From: a virus
Taxonomy: Duplodnaviria; Caudoviricetes
IMG/VR virus record: IMGVR_UViG_3300032278_000010
Location: 1-53,417 of that record
DNA: 53,417 nucleotides
Direction: 5' to 3' (one strand)
Positions within the stretch are counted from its first letter, which is position 1. Each line of letters starts with the position of its first letter. The notes under the pieces are model-generated. The model searched no databases and was not told the DNA's origin. It was given only the letters and a program-made list of their open reading frames with translations. The translations under genes were made by a program, and so were the position numbers. Shown piece by piece: positions 28,975 through 37,530 of this stretch.

Positions 28975-29160
28975 AAGCAGTTTCACGCATGCTCAGGCGT
29001 TGGGATAACCACTGAACTACTAAGATACCTAACTATGGTCATCCTGTTCGTTAGGTAAATGCAAGGAGTGACCTTGCAGTAATGACCGTGAGTACTACCT
29101 CACAGCCCTAGCAACCACGCTAGTAATAGCTTAGCCCTTTCTAAAGGGGCTAAAGATCAG
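28975..29160 (-). ncRNA. candidate structured leader RNA
   Basis: Five consecutive hairpins and two possible pseudoknots between promoter 29176 and the SD of 28948. Confidence 0.5.
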
Positions 29161-29175
29161 AATGGTTAGATCCGA

Positions 29176-29191
29176 CCTAATAGGCGTAGCC
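29176..29191 (-). promoter_or_regulatory. vRNAP hairpin promoter
   Basis: CCTAATAGGCGTAGCC; upstream ATCTGCCC/GGGCAGAT hairpin. Confidence 0.75.
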
Positions 29192-29532
29192 CATACCTGA
29201 TCTGCCCATTAGGGCAGATGATCTTTGTTAACAGGTATAGGCTTCTGGATCATTACCCATACCAACAGTATAAGAACTGATGGTAGGGCAATGATCATGC
29301 CTATAGTCAAACTGAAGTAGTACCCAATTTGTTTAAGCATTTTTCCTCCCAGAGTAAATGACCATATCTCCAACACAACCCATGTATGATGGGCAGCTTT
29401 CTTCTCCTACAACACCATAGCCGTCATCCAATTCCTTGACTTCTTCCTCGGTGATTATTTCTAGATAACCACAAGTATCACACATAATATCCACATACTT
29501 AGTCATGTTAGTCTCCTAAATAAGTTAATAAC

Positions 29533-29548
29533 CCTAATAGGCGTAGCT
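29533..29548 (-). promoter_or_regulatory. vRNAP hairpin promoter
   Basis: CCTAATAGGCGTAGCT; SD and ATG at 29506 follow. Confidence 0.7.
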
Positions 29549-29721
29549 AAAGGTTTTTAAGGTTTTAAAGGTCTCTTAACAAACAACAAATCTCTCTGTG
29601 CACTCTCTTATTGTATTATCTTATGTGTGGCTTTTAATTCGCCTTTGACCTTTGTTGGTTTCCAAACGAAACGCTGGAGACCCTGTACGGTCAGGTATTA
29701 GAATCTCCAGTGGCGTTAGGT

Positions 29722-29961
29722 TTAGATTTCCGCGTCTATAGCGGCACATTCAGCAATAGCGATATCTCGGTCGATACCAGATGCGACTGCTTCTTCAACC
29801 GTTCGGTTGGTTTTGATTTTGCACTTAAGCTTTTGAACTTTACGCTCTTCGATTATGGTATCGGTAAGCATGGAAGTTCCGTGGTATGTACCTTTGAATA
29901 CCACTGTTACGGTTTTACAACCTGTTTCTACTGCTGTTGAAGCTGCGTCAAGTACTTGCAT
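29722..29961 (-). CDS. first early gene (N4 gp1 position)
   Basis: 79 aa, AAGGAG SD, directly after the first hairpin promoter. Confidence 0.6.
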   Translation of the reverse strand: MQVLDAASTAVETGCKTVTVVFKGTYHGTSMLTDTIIEERKVQKLKCKIKTNRTVEEAVASGIDRDIAIAECAAIDAEI

Positions 29962-29994
29962 TTGATTCTCCTTATTATAAGGGTTAGTTTGACG

Positions 29995-30010
29995 TCTACT
30001 AGGCGTAGCC
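29995..30010 (-). promoter_or_regulatory. first vRNAP hairpin promoter
   Basis: TCTACTAGGCGTAGCC. Confidence 0.75.
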
Positions 30011-30299
30011 CTTCGCCTTGTGTAAAAAGATCGTTTTTTACCTTATGCGGGGGGGTTGACTCTGTCTGGTCTTTGCCAGCCAGTTAGTATTGCATCCGTA
30101 CCTAAAAATAAAAAATTTCACGCGGGCTGAGACCATCTTAATGGTTACGTCCCACCACACTGCGACCAAAGCGAGAACGCGCCTGTGGCGCGGGCGAAGC
30201 TTTGGGAGTCTAATAATATTTATATAATAAGAGCAGCGCTGTGCTTCTTATTCTTAGAGGTGGATTACTCTTTTAGTTAGAGGGACTTACAGGATCTAC

Positions 30300-30355
30300 A
30301 ATCTCATATCTGAGATTAAACAGGGCAGTTAACTCTCACATCTGAGATTAAACAG
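30300..30355. repeat. two 22-bp direct repeats with an internal palindrome
   Basis: TCTCAYATCTGAGATTAAACAG at 30302-30323 and 30334-30355; partial copy TGAGATTAAACAG at 26641-26653. Confidence 0.85.
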
Positions 30356-30394
30356 AAGTTAAGTGTTGCATTATGTAGTTTTTTAGGTATTATC

Positions 30395-30616
30395 GTGCTT
30401 GCTATGAGGAGGTATACGGAGGTGCACAAACACAGAAATTACTTGTACACAATCGAGAAGAAAGAAAAAAATAAATGGATACTGGATTGGGACTGCGGAG
30501 CATACATAAGTTATGATGTTGCAGAGCAGATCATGCAGGATTTTGAAAAATATAATAAACATCCTGGTAAATACAGGATTGTCATGTATATCAGTGAAAA
30601 GCCCCACGACGAGTAG
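30395..30616 (+). CDS. hypothetical protein
   Basis: ORF after a TTGCAT-N16-TATTAT sigma70-like promoter; start may be the GTG at 30422 after GGAGG. Confidence 0.5.
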   Translation: MLAMRRYTEVHKHRNYLYTIEKKEKNKWILDWDCGAYISYDVAEQIMQDFEKYNKHPGKYRIVMYISEKPHDE

Positions 30617-30850
30617 CAGATGCTTATTGTCCTTTTTATGATCTTCGTATTTAGTATTTATTGTTTGACATTTTATTATAGCGAACTTGCTGAATGTGAG
30701 GAAGAAAGACAGGTATTAATAGCAAGTATCGAAAAACTGAAAACAAAGAAAAAACCTGCACACCCCTAAGGATGCACAGGCTTTCCTTTTTCAACAAGGT
30801 TAAACAGTTTTCCGACAATAGAAGTATATTAAGAAAGGAAATAATAGTCA

Positions 30851-31204
30851 ATGTTTAATAAATTTCAACTGGGCACGGCGCCCGCTACACTTTTAGCTAA
30901 TAATAAATTGTCAAGTGATGCTGCACTGGTATTACTGAAAATCATGTATAAGATCAATAGGGTAAATATGGTTATAGGGACCCCGGCTACGATATCAGAA
31001 TCCGCCGGGATAACCCTGCATGATTTCCATCGTGGGCTGAGGGCCCTGAAGAAGTGCGATTTTATCAGAAAATTTACTAAGAAAGAATATATGCTGAATC
31101 CTGATATTATGTTTAATGGCAATGATCGTCAGTATTTCATAGTTAAGCATATGTGGGATACCCAGACTAGCCGAGGTTTACGTAAGCATATATTATTCAG
31201 ATGA
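30851..31204 (+). CDS. RepL-like winged-helix DNA-binding protein
   Basis: ISESAGITLHDFHRGLRALKKCDFI...YMLNPDIMFNG pattern. Confidence 0.7.
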   Translation: MFNKFQLGTAPATLLANNKLSSDAALVLLKIMYKINRVNMVIGTPATISESAGITLHDFHRGLRALKKCDFIRKFTKKEYMLNPDIMFNGNDRQYFIVKHMWDTQTSRGLRKHILFR

Positions 31205-31515
31205 ATAAAAATATAAACTTGGAAATAGCAGGAAATAATACCTTATCGCGTACGGCGTGTGCTTTATTACTCCCACTTACTTTATTATCTAATAAAAACA
31301 ATGAGATAGATAAAGAGGAGTTTATGAATTCCGTTAGTTGGATTAAGGATTATCGAACCTGGGATAAATATTGGAGTGAATTGGAGGAGAATAACGTTTT
31401 AGTTCAATTAGATACAAAAAAATGGATGGTTTGCCCTCATGTATGTTACTCCGATGGGGCATCCCATAATGAATTAATTACTAAATGGAACGAGGTTTCT
31501 AATGCAATTAACTAA
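31201..31515 (+). CDS. second RepL-like winged-helix protein (divergent paralogue)
   Basis: NNTLS...WSELEENNVL...WMVCPHVCYSDG...W parallels the upstream protein. Confidence 0.5.
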   Translation: MNKNINLEIAGNNTLSRTACALLLPLTLLSNKNNEIDKEEFMNSVSWIKDYRTWDKYWSELEENNVLVQLDTKKWMVCPHVCYSDGASHNELITKWNEVSNAIN

Positions 31516-32260
31516 TTTACCTGATCTTAATACTGATATTGAAACTACTGACCACTTGACTAAAGATCAGTTGGCGGGCGCCTTACCGGATAAACGGTTT
31601 AGAAGGCATTTAACAGATGAGATCGTGGATATGATTAATTCTGAGCCGGATTCGGAGTTACGAAGAGTATTCCGCGATAACACGTTAACATATAGTTCTG
31701 TTTTAGCTACCGGAAGATACTCGTTAGCTGCATATATACATGCCATTAAGTTCACTTCTCTGAAGCTAATGGGAGATAAGGCTTCTACTGCTTATAGTAA
31801 GGTCTTTCCGGACCGTTATCAGAACTTAATCGATAAAGGGGCTTCTTCTAGCTATATTGCCAGCTTTGCAGACAACTATGGGAATAACGCTTTAGTTACG
31901 AAGATTATGGAGCAGACTCTTGTACCCACGCATATATTGAATGCCGGTGTGTACCAAGAAGCTATTAATACTCAAGCAGAATTGATGCGTACAGCTAAGT
32001 CCGAAATGGTTAGGCAAAAAGCAGCTGAAAGCTTGATTACTAATCTAACAGCTCCGACCGCTGCAAAATTAGAAATTGACATTGGTTATAGTAATGATCT
32101 AGTAGATGACCTACGTGCAACTACTAAAGCTCTTGCTCAGCAACAATTAAAGATGATCCTAAATGGCCAGTCAAGTGCTAAAGAGATAGCGCACAGTGAA
32201 ATACTTGCTAGAAAAGTTGAGCCAGTAGAAACAACTTACGAGGTAATTGATGAAAAATAA
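31502..32260 (+). CDS. N4 gp69-like protein (putative small terminase)
   Basis: FRDNTLTY, YIHAIKF, VFPDRY, YQEAINTQAELM, SEMVRQKAA; upstream of TerL. Confidence 0.8.
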   Translation: MQLTNLPDLNTDIETTDHLTKDQLAGALPDKRFRRHLTDEIVDMINSEPDSELRRVFRDNTLTYSSVLATGRYSLAAYIHAIKFTSLKLMGDKASTAYSKVFPDRYQNLIDKGASSSYIASFADNYGNNALVTKIMEQTLVPTHILNAGVYQEAINTQAELMRTAKSEMVRQKAAESLITNLTAPTAAKLEIDIGYSNDLVDDLRATTKALAQQQLKMILNGQSSAKEIAHSEILARKVEPVETTYEVIDEK

Positions 32261-32687
32261 CGTTTCAGATATACTTAAGGTACTTCCGCACAAATACCCG
32301 TTTCTTATGGTGGATAAGGTTATAAGTAAAACTGACACGAATATAATTACTTTAAAAAATGTATCACATAACGAGCCTTATTTTAGCGGGCATTTCCCCG
32401 ATTTTCCTATTATGCCAGGAGTACTTATACTAGAGGGGATGTTTCAATCTGGAGGGCTGCTATTTGGTTGTGCTGGTTTAGCTAAAGGACAATTAGCTTA
32501 TGTAACTACAATAGATAAGGTTAAATTCATTAAACCTGCACTTCCTGGGGATCAAATAAAATTTGATACAAACATCACTACTAACTTATCTAAATATGCT
32601 AAATTTTCTGGTAAAGCATATGTCGATGATGCATTAATAGCTCAAGGTATATGGACATCCTTAATAATAAATAACACAAAGGAGTAA
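32247..32687 (+). CDS. fabZ: 3-hydroxyacyl-ACP dehydratase FabZ
   Basis: LPHKYPFLMVD, KNVSHNEPYFSGHFP, PIMPGVLILEG and KFIKPALPGD; catalytic His and Glu present. Confidence 0.92.
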   Translation: MMKNNVSDILKVLPHKYPFLMVDKVISKTDTNIITLKNVSHNEPYFSGHFPDFPIMPGVLILEGMFQSGGLLFGCAGLAKGQLAYVTTIDKVKFIKPALPGDQIKFDTNITTNLSKYAKFSGKAYVDDALIAQGIWTSLIINNTKE

Positions 32688-32688
32688 T

Positions 32689-32826
32689 ATGAAAAAAGAA
32701 GGAATACGTATAGCGGTCCCCATGATTTTCTATTGGCTAGTTTTTGTGTTATGCATAAATTCAATAGCATTAATACTTAATAATTATTTAATGTTTGCGT
32801 TGCTAGGATGGACAGGGCCAGAATAG
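32689..32826 (+). CDS. small membrane protein (not in track)
   Basis: MKKEGIRIAVPMIFYWLVFVLC... 45 aa, AAGGAG SD. Confidence 0.55.
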   Translation: MKKEGIRIAVPMIFYWLVFVLCINSIALILNNYLMFALLGWTGPE

Positions 32827-32828
32827 AT

Positions 32829-34430
32829 ATGACTTTAGTTAAAAAAACAGTAGATGAATGGCTCAATGATATCGATTACGACGATGATCCTACTTACGCG
32901 CCCAGTGAGTTTGCTCTGGAATTTATTTCGTTTATCAAGTTAGTTAATGGTGAAAAAGGAGAAGAAAACAAGACTCCTATAATCCATTATAAAATGCTCG
33001 ATAAAATCGCGGGTAAGAACCAGAATACTGCTAACATGTGTGCTCGTGGATTAGCTAAAACTACTATTTTTGCTGAGTATTTATTCCTGTATCTAGCTGT
33101 TTATGGGTCGATTCCGGGATTTGGGAAAGTAGACTATGCTTTATACCTTTCAGATAGTATTGAAAATGGTGTAAAGAAAATGAGGCTTCGTATAGAAAGA
33201 CGCTGTGATAATAGCGAATTTTTAAAAAAATATATTAGTGAAACTAGATTTACTGATATCAGGTGGTACTTTAAAAATGCTGAAGGTAAGGAATTTGTTG
33301 TTACTGGTCATGGTGCAAAAACAGGTGTTCGTGGTACAGTTGAATTAAATACAAGACCGCACCTTGCAGTGCTGGACGATTTACTAGGAGATGAAGATGC
33401 TAGGTCTGCGACGATTATTGAAAACGTGGAAAATACTGTCTACTCGGCCATTGACTATGCGTTACATCCTAATAAGAGGAAAGTTATTTGGTCTGGAACT
33501 CCGTTTAATGCTAAAGACCCTTTATACAAAGCGATTGAGTCGGGCGTGTGGTATGTTAATGTATACCCGGTTTGTGAGGCGTTTCCGTGCTCTCGTAAAG
33601 AGTTTAAGGGTGCTTGGGAGGATAGGTTTGGTTATGACTATGTAAATAATCAATACCTTAAAGCAAAGGGTGCCGGGCAATTAGATTCCTTTAACCAGGA
33701 GTTAATGTTACGTATTACATCAGAAGAAGATAGATTAATTCAGGATTCAGATCTAATCTGGTATAAACGCAGCAATGTTTTGAAAAATAAGGGTGCTTAT
33801 AATTTTTATGTAACTACTGATTTTGCAACCAGTGATAGAGAACATGCTGATTTTAGCGTAATTAACGTATGGGCATATAACAACAATGGCGATTGGCTTT
33901 GGGTAGATGGGTTTTGTAAGCGAGCCCTAATGAATGACACCATTGATAACTTATTTCGTTTAGTTCAGGAATATAGTCCTCAGGAAGTAGGGATTGAGGT
34001 AACAGGACAACAAGGAGGTTTTATCAGTTGGATTCAAAATGAAATGGGTCAACGTAATATTTATTTTACTTTGTCTAAAGGAAAAAATAGTAATACAATA
34101 GGAATCAGGCCAACTAAAGATAAGATGAGCAGATTTCAACAGAATGCGGTTCCTTTATTTAAATCTAAAAAAATATGGTTACCGGAAGAATTAAAAAATA
34201 GTGAAGAACTTACGGAGTTGCTTTTTGAGTTATCTTTAGCTACTCTAAAAGGGTTTAAAAGCAAACATGATGATCACATAGATACGATCACTATGTTGGC
34301 AGAATTAAATGCATGGAAACCGAGTGAAGTAGCTACTCAAAAAGATGACGAAGAAGAATTAAGAGATTCAATTATGTGGGGTGATGATGGCAGTACCAAG
34401 AAAGCAGGAGATAGTTCCTATTTTGTTTAA
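32829..34430 (+). CDS. terL: terminase large subunit (N4 gp68-like)
   Basis: CARGLAKTT, GAKTGVRG, AVLDDL, SGTPFN, FNQELM, TTDFATS, HDDHID; start likely MTLVKK. Confidence 0.95.
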   Translation: MTLVKKTVDEWLNDIDYDDDPTYAPSEFALEFISFIKLVNGEKGEENKTPIIHYKMLDKIAGKNQNTANMCARGLAKTTIFAEYLFLYLAVYGSIPGFGKVDYALYLSDSIENGVKKMRLRIERRCDNSEFLKKYISETRFTDIRWYFKNAEGKEFVVTGHGAKTGVRGTVELNTRPHLAVLDDLLGDEDARSATIIENVENTVYSAIDYALHPNKRKVIWSGTPFNAKDPLYKAIESGVWYVNVYPVCEAFPCSRKEFKGAWEDRFGYDYVNNQYLKAKGAGQLDSFNQELMLRITSEEDRLIQDSDLIWYKRSNVLKNKGAYNFYVTTDFATSDREHADFSVINVWAYNNNGDWLWVDGFCKRALMNDTIDNLFRLVQEYSPQEVGIEVTGQQGGFISWIQNEMGQRNIYFTLSKGKNSNTIGIRPTKDKMSRFQQNAVPLFKSKKIWLPEELKNSEELTELLFELSLATLKGFKSKHDDHIDTITMLAELNAWKPSEVATQKDDEEELRDSIMWGDDGSTKKAGDSSYFV

Positions 34431-34465
34431 CTCAACTCGTCTTCTCAACGAGTTGGGCTCCTCCC

Positions 34466-34508
34466 CGGATAGGTAGGGGCCAAAAGCCCCTACCTATCCG
34501 CCTTCTTT
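34466..34508 (+). terminator. perfect 15-bp stem-loop after terL
   Basis: CGGATAGGTAGGGGC-CAAAA-GCCCCTACCTATCCG then CCTTCTTT. Confidence 0.6.
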
Positions 34509-34518
34509 AAGGAATGAT

Positions 34519-35199
34519 ATGAAAGTTTCTGAATATATTGATTACTTAACTACCGGAGAATGCAGCAAACTTGCTATTGCTAGTGTTGGAGATATGGGCG
34601 CTAATCCGGATATAGTTCCAACTGCAGTACAAGTAACTAATCAAAATAAATTTATCAATTATGTAAATTTAGCTAATTTAGCATTGCATAAACGATTTAA
34701 TTTACTGGTAAAAACATATGAAATGGATAGTCCATTAGATGGAGAAGAATATACTTTACCTTCTAATTTTCTTGTTCCTATTTATGCATACTATGCTTCA
34801 GATTTTGTACAAGTACCTATTAAAGATGATTCGGTAAAATTAGTATCTGATGTTGATCAACATGTGTCTATTCTTATACCTGAACCGTTCAAAGCAGTTA
34901 TTAAAGGTACTGATGCAGAAGATCCTAAACGTACTCAAATTCTCTTAAAATACGCAGCAGCTCCTAACAAAGCTAAAACAACTTATGCAGATTTAAAAAT
35001 TAATGAGGTATACACAGAAGCATTGCTAAATTACTCCGCGTATAAAGCACATGTTACTACTAGTGGTGGAATGCAGGATGAAAACAATACATATTACATG
35101 AGATATGAAGCTTCTTGTAAACAACTTATTAATTCCGGTATGTGGGGGAATAATGAAATTGAAATTAATACTAAATTAGAGGATAACGGATTTGTATAA
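34519..35199 (+). CDS. N4 gp67-like head-tail adaptor
   Basis: NLALHKRFNL, EALLNYSAYK, RYEASC and C-terminal KLEDNGFV; follows TerL. Confidence 0.75.
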   Translation: MKVSEYIDYLTTGECSKLAIASVGDMGANPDIVPTAVQVTNQNKFINYVNLANLALHKRFNLLVKTYEMDSPLDGEEYTLPSNFLVPIYAYYASDFVQVPIKDDSVKLVSDVDQHVSILIPEPFKAVIKGTDAEDPKRTQILLKYAAAPNKAKTTYADLKINEVYTEALLNYSAYKAHVTTSGGMQDENNTYYMRYEASCKQLINSGMWGNNEIEINTKLEDNGFV

Positions 35200-35204
35200 T
35201 TAAT

Positions 35205-35232
35205 TTGACATCTTAAAATATTGTATTATTCT
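35205..35232 (+). promoter_or_regulatory. sigma70-like late promoter
   Basis: TTGACA-N16-TATTCT. Confidence 0.45.
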
Positions 35233-35282
35233 ATACCCGCAACCATTGCCAATGCTGAGAACAACCTCCTTAGGAGTTAATA

Positions 35283-35660
35283 ATGGCATATTATCCAGAT
35301 ATTAATCTCGTGGCTAATGATACAAAGCCAGAGATTAACCTAACATTAAAAGATAACAATACCGCCGCAGCTGGTCTTACTCTAGACCCTGATGATTCAT
35401 CTACCTGGGCTTTAATTGATATTTCTGATCCCACCATTGTAGTAAAATTCCGTGCCTTAGGTACCTCAACTATTTTAGATACGCTGACTTGTACGAAAGT
35501 TGGTCCATATACAAATGGGGCTTGTTTTATGACATGGAACGCTGATACGTTAGCTGTTAGCGCTGGTACTTATGAAGGTGAGATTGAATTAACTTATAGT
35601 GATGGAGGAATTTTAACTTTATTTGACAGACTTAAGTTTAAAGTAAGGGATGATTTTTAA
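35283..35660 (+). CDS. BppU N-terminal-like tail protein
   Basis: LVANDTKP...AGTYEGEIELTY...TL...KFKVRDDF. Confidence 0.7.
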   Translation: MAYYPDINLVANDTKPEINLTLKDNNTAAAGLTLDPDDSSTWALIDISDPTIVVKFRALGTSTILDTLTCTKVGPYTNGACFMTWNADTLAVSAGTYEGEIELTYSDGGILTLFDRLKFKVRDDF

Positions 35661-36163
35661 TGATTACTGCGGATGTTAATCATGTTGATGCTGATGTAGT
35701 AATTGTAACAGACTATAACAGTAAGAATAAATTACTTACTGAGACTGTAACAACTAGTGATGTTATTTCAACTACTACAATTTACAGTAGAACATTTACT
35801 GATAGTGTAACAGTTGTTGATACACCAGAGATCGGGCAGATACATAAAGAAAATCCTGCTCATTCAGTTAGTATCGGAGATGAATTAGCAATACAATTTA
35901 ATTTGTCACTTACTGATTCTATCTCTAGCAGCGAAACATTTACTTGGACTGTTAGTAAAAACGTTACAGAATCTATTAGTACGGGCGATACACCAAGTAT
36001 TGGAGACATACACCGTGTTAGTCCAACAGATAGTATAAGCGCCTCTGATCTACTGACAACTTATCATGACGGCATGCTTAATACTAACATGTTGAATACA
36101 CGTCTGATATCTACAGGTGACTTAGAAGTACTTGTTTCGGATATTAGCGTTACATTATCGTAA
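35660..36163 (+). CDS. Thr/Ser-rich virion protein
   Basis: Repeated T[DE]S[IV] segments; coupled to the upstream gene. Confidence 0.6.
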   Translation: MITADVNHVDADVVIVTDYNSKNKLLTETVTTSDVISTTTIYSRTFTDSVTVVDTPEIGQIHKENPAHSVSIGDELAIQFNLSLTDSISSSETFTWTVSKNVTESISTGDTPSIGDIHRVSPTDSISASDLLTTYHDGMLNTNMLNTRLISTGDLEVLVSDISVTLS

Positions 36164-36179
36164 TTAAAAGGGGTTTATT

Positions 36180-36617
36180 ATGACTACACAAGATGGAATT
36201 GCTCTTACAGGCAAATTAATAATTTCTCTCAATGATGAGGTTGTACAAGAAGCTGATAATCTTGTTGTTACTGCTGGTAAAGCATGGGTAGCTCAAAGAA
36301 TGGAAGGTGTTACTCTTGGGGTTATGACTCATATGGGTATTGGTACTAGTAGTACTGCAGCAGCTGCGGGACAAACTGATCTAGTAGCAGTTACTGGCGC
36401 TCGACTTGCTTTGTCTGATTCTGGGGGTATAGTAGCAGGCGCTGTTATTACATTTGCAGCTACTTTCCCTGCAGGTGCCCATACAGCCGCAATAACAGAA
36501 GCAGGTATCTTTACTGCTAGTACATCAGGTACTATGTTAGCTCGAACGGTATTTACTGTTGTTAACAAAGGTGCACTTGATAGTATGACAATTAGTTGGG
36601 CAGTAACTATTTCTTAG
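36180..36617 (+). CDS. tail protein
   Basis: NLVVTAGK, MGIGT, ITEAGIF, MLARTVF...VNKG...D...ISW. Confidence 0.75.
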   Translation: MTTQDGIALTGKLIISLNDEVVQEADNLVVTAGKAWVAQRMEGVTLGVMTHMGIGTSSTAAAAGQTDLVAVTGARLALSDSGGIVAGAVITFAATFPAGAHTAAITEAGIFTASTSGTMLARTVFTVVNKGALDSMTISWAVTIS

Positions 36618-36627
36618 GAGAAGACTC

Positions 36628-37122
36628 GTGGGAGTTAAATTTTCAAATAATGCTTTTTCAACATTAAGTGCTGGTATTAATGACAGCCAAACGACTTTTG
36701 ATGTAGCTAGTGTAGCCCTATTTCCTGATGTTAGTGGTGGTAGTGACTACATGTATTTGAGTATAATCGGTGGTAGCTATACTGAAATTGTTAAAGTAAC
36801 TGGCGTATCAGGCACTACACTCACATGCGTACGCGACCAGGATGGTACAACAGGAACCGCTGCTGATGGTGGAGATCGTGTTGAATTAAGAGTTACGACA
36901 GCAATGATAACGGATGCAATTGCTGATTCAAATGTTGATGTATTTAAAACTATAGTAATAGCCGGTCAAACAGACGTAGTAGCAGACTCTGGTACTGATA
37001 CACTTACATTAGTTGCTACTGGAGGAACTACACTTACTACAACTGCAGATCAAATTACTATTGATACACCAACTGCGGGAGTATCAGCAGGGTTTTCAAT
37101 AGCAATGGCAATTGCGCTATGA
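36628..37122 (+). CDS. tail/tail-fibre protein
   Basis: FSNNA, EIVKVT, RDQDGT and VELRVT; C-terminal IAMAIAL. Confidence 0.7.
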   Translation: MGVKFSNNAFSTLSAGINDSQTTFDVASVALFPDVSGGSDYMYLSIIGGSYTEIVKVTGVSGTTLTCVRDQDGTTGTAADGGDRVELRVTTAMITDAIADSNVDVFKTIVIAGQTDVVADSGTDTLTLVATGGTTLTTTADQITIDTPTAGVSAGFSIAMAIAL

Positions 37123-37188
37123 ATTTTAGGTTAATTTGTTATATAGTTTTAGTTTTATTAGGATGTTATTTAATATGGGAGATTTGAA

Positions 37189-37518
37189 ATGGCACAGGAT
37201 TTTGAACGACATATAGATCGTAATACTGGAACTGGTGCGGTGACGGCCGTTGCAGCCGCAAATTCAGATGATGCGATTGTTGGAATTCGATGTGCCAACG
37301 TACACGCATCAAGTCCAATTAGTGTTGATGTTTATATAGTTAATGGTGGGAATAATTACTACATCATTAAGGGAGCTCCAATACCAGTTGGCAGTAGCCT
37401 GGAATTGATAGATGGGGGAAGTAAAATAGTACTGCAATCAGGTGATGCGATAGCAGTTAAGTCTAGTGTTGCTAGTTCACTGGATACTGTTATTAGTCTC
37501 GTTGATGCAATTAGTTAA
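37189..37518 (+). CDS. small virion beta-sandwich protein
   Basis: IIKGAPIPVGSSLELIDGGSKIVLQSGD pattern. Confidence 0.65.
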   Translation: MAQDFERHIDRNTGTGAVTAVAAANSDDAIVGIRCANVHASSPISVDVYIVNGGNNYYIIKGAPIPVGSSLELIDGGSKIVLQSGDAIAVKSSVASSLDTVISLVDAIS

Positions 37519-37530
37519 TAAGGAGTAAAA

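Noticed and set aside
28978-28998. CTGAGCA...GAAAC as a hammerhead ribozyme
   Set aside because: Core needs CTGANGA and three flanking helices, which are absent
24048-30010. TAGGCGTAGCC repeats as a CRISPR array
   Set aside because: Spacing is irregular (hundreds to thousands of bp) with genes between copies; the promoter model fits better. The Cas4-like nucleases are standard phage replication genes.
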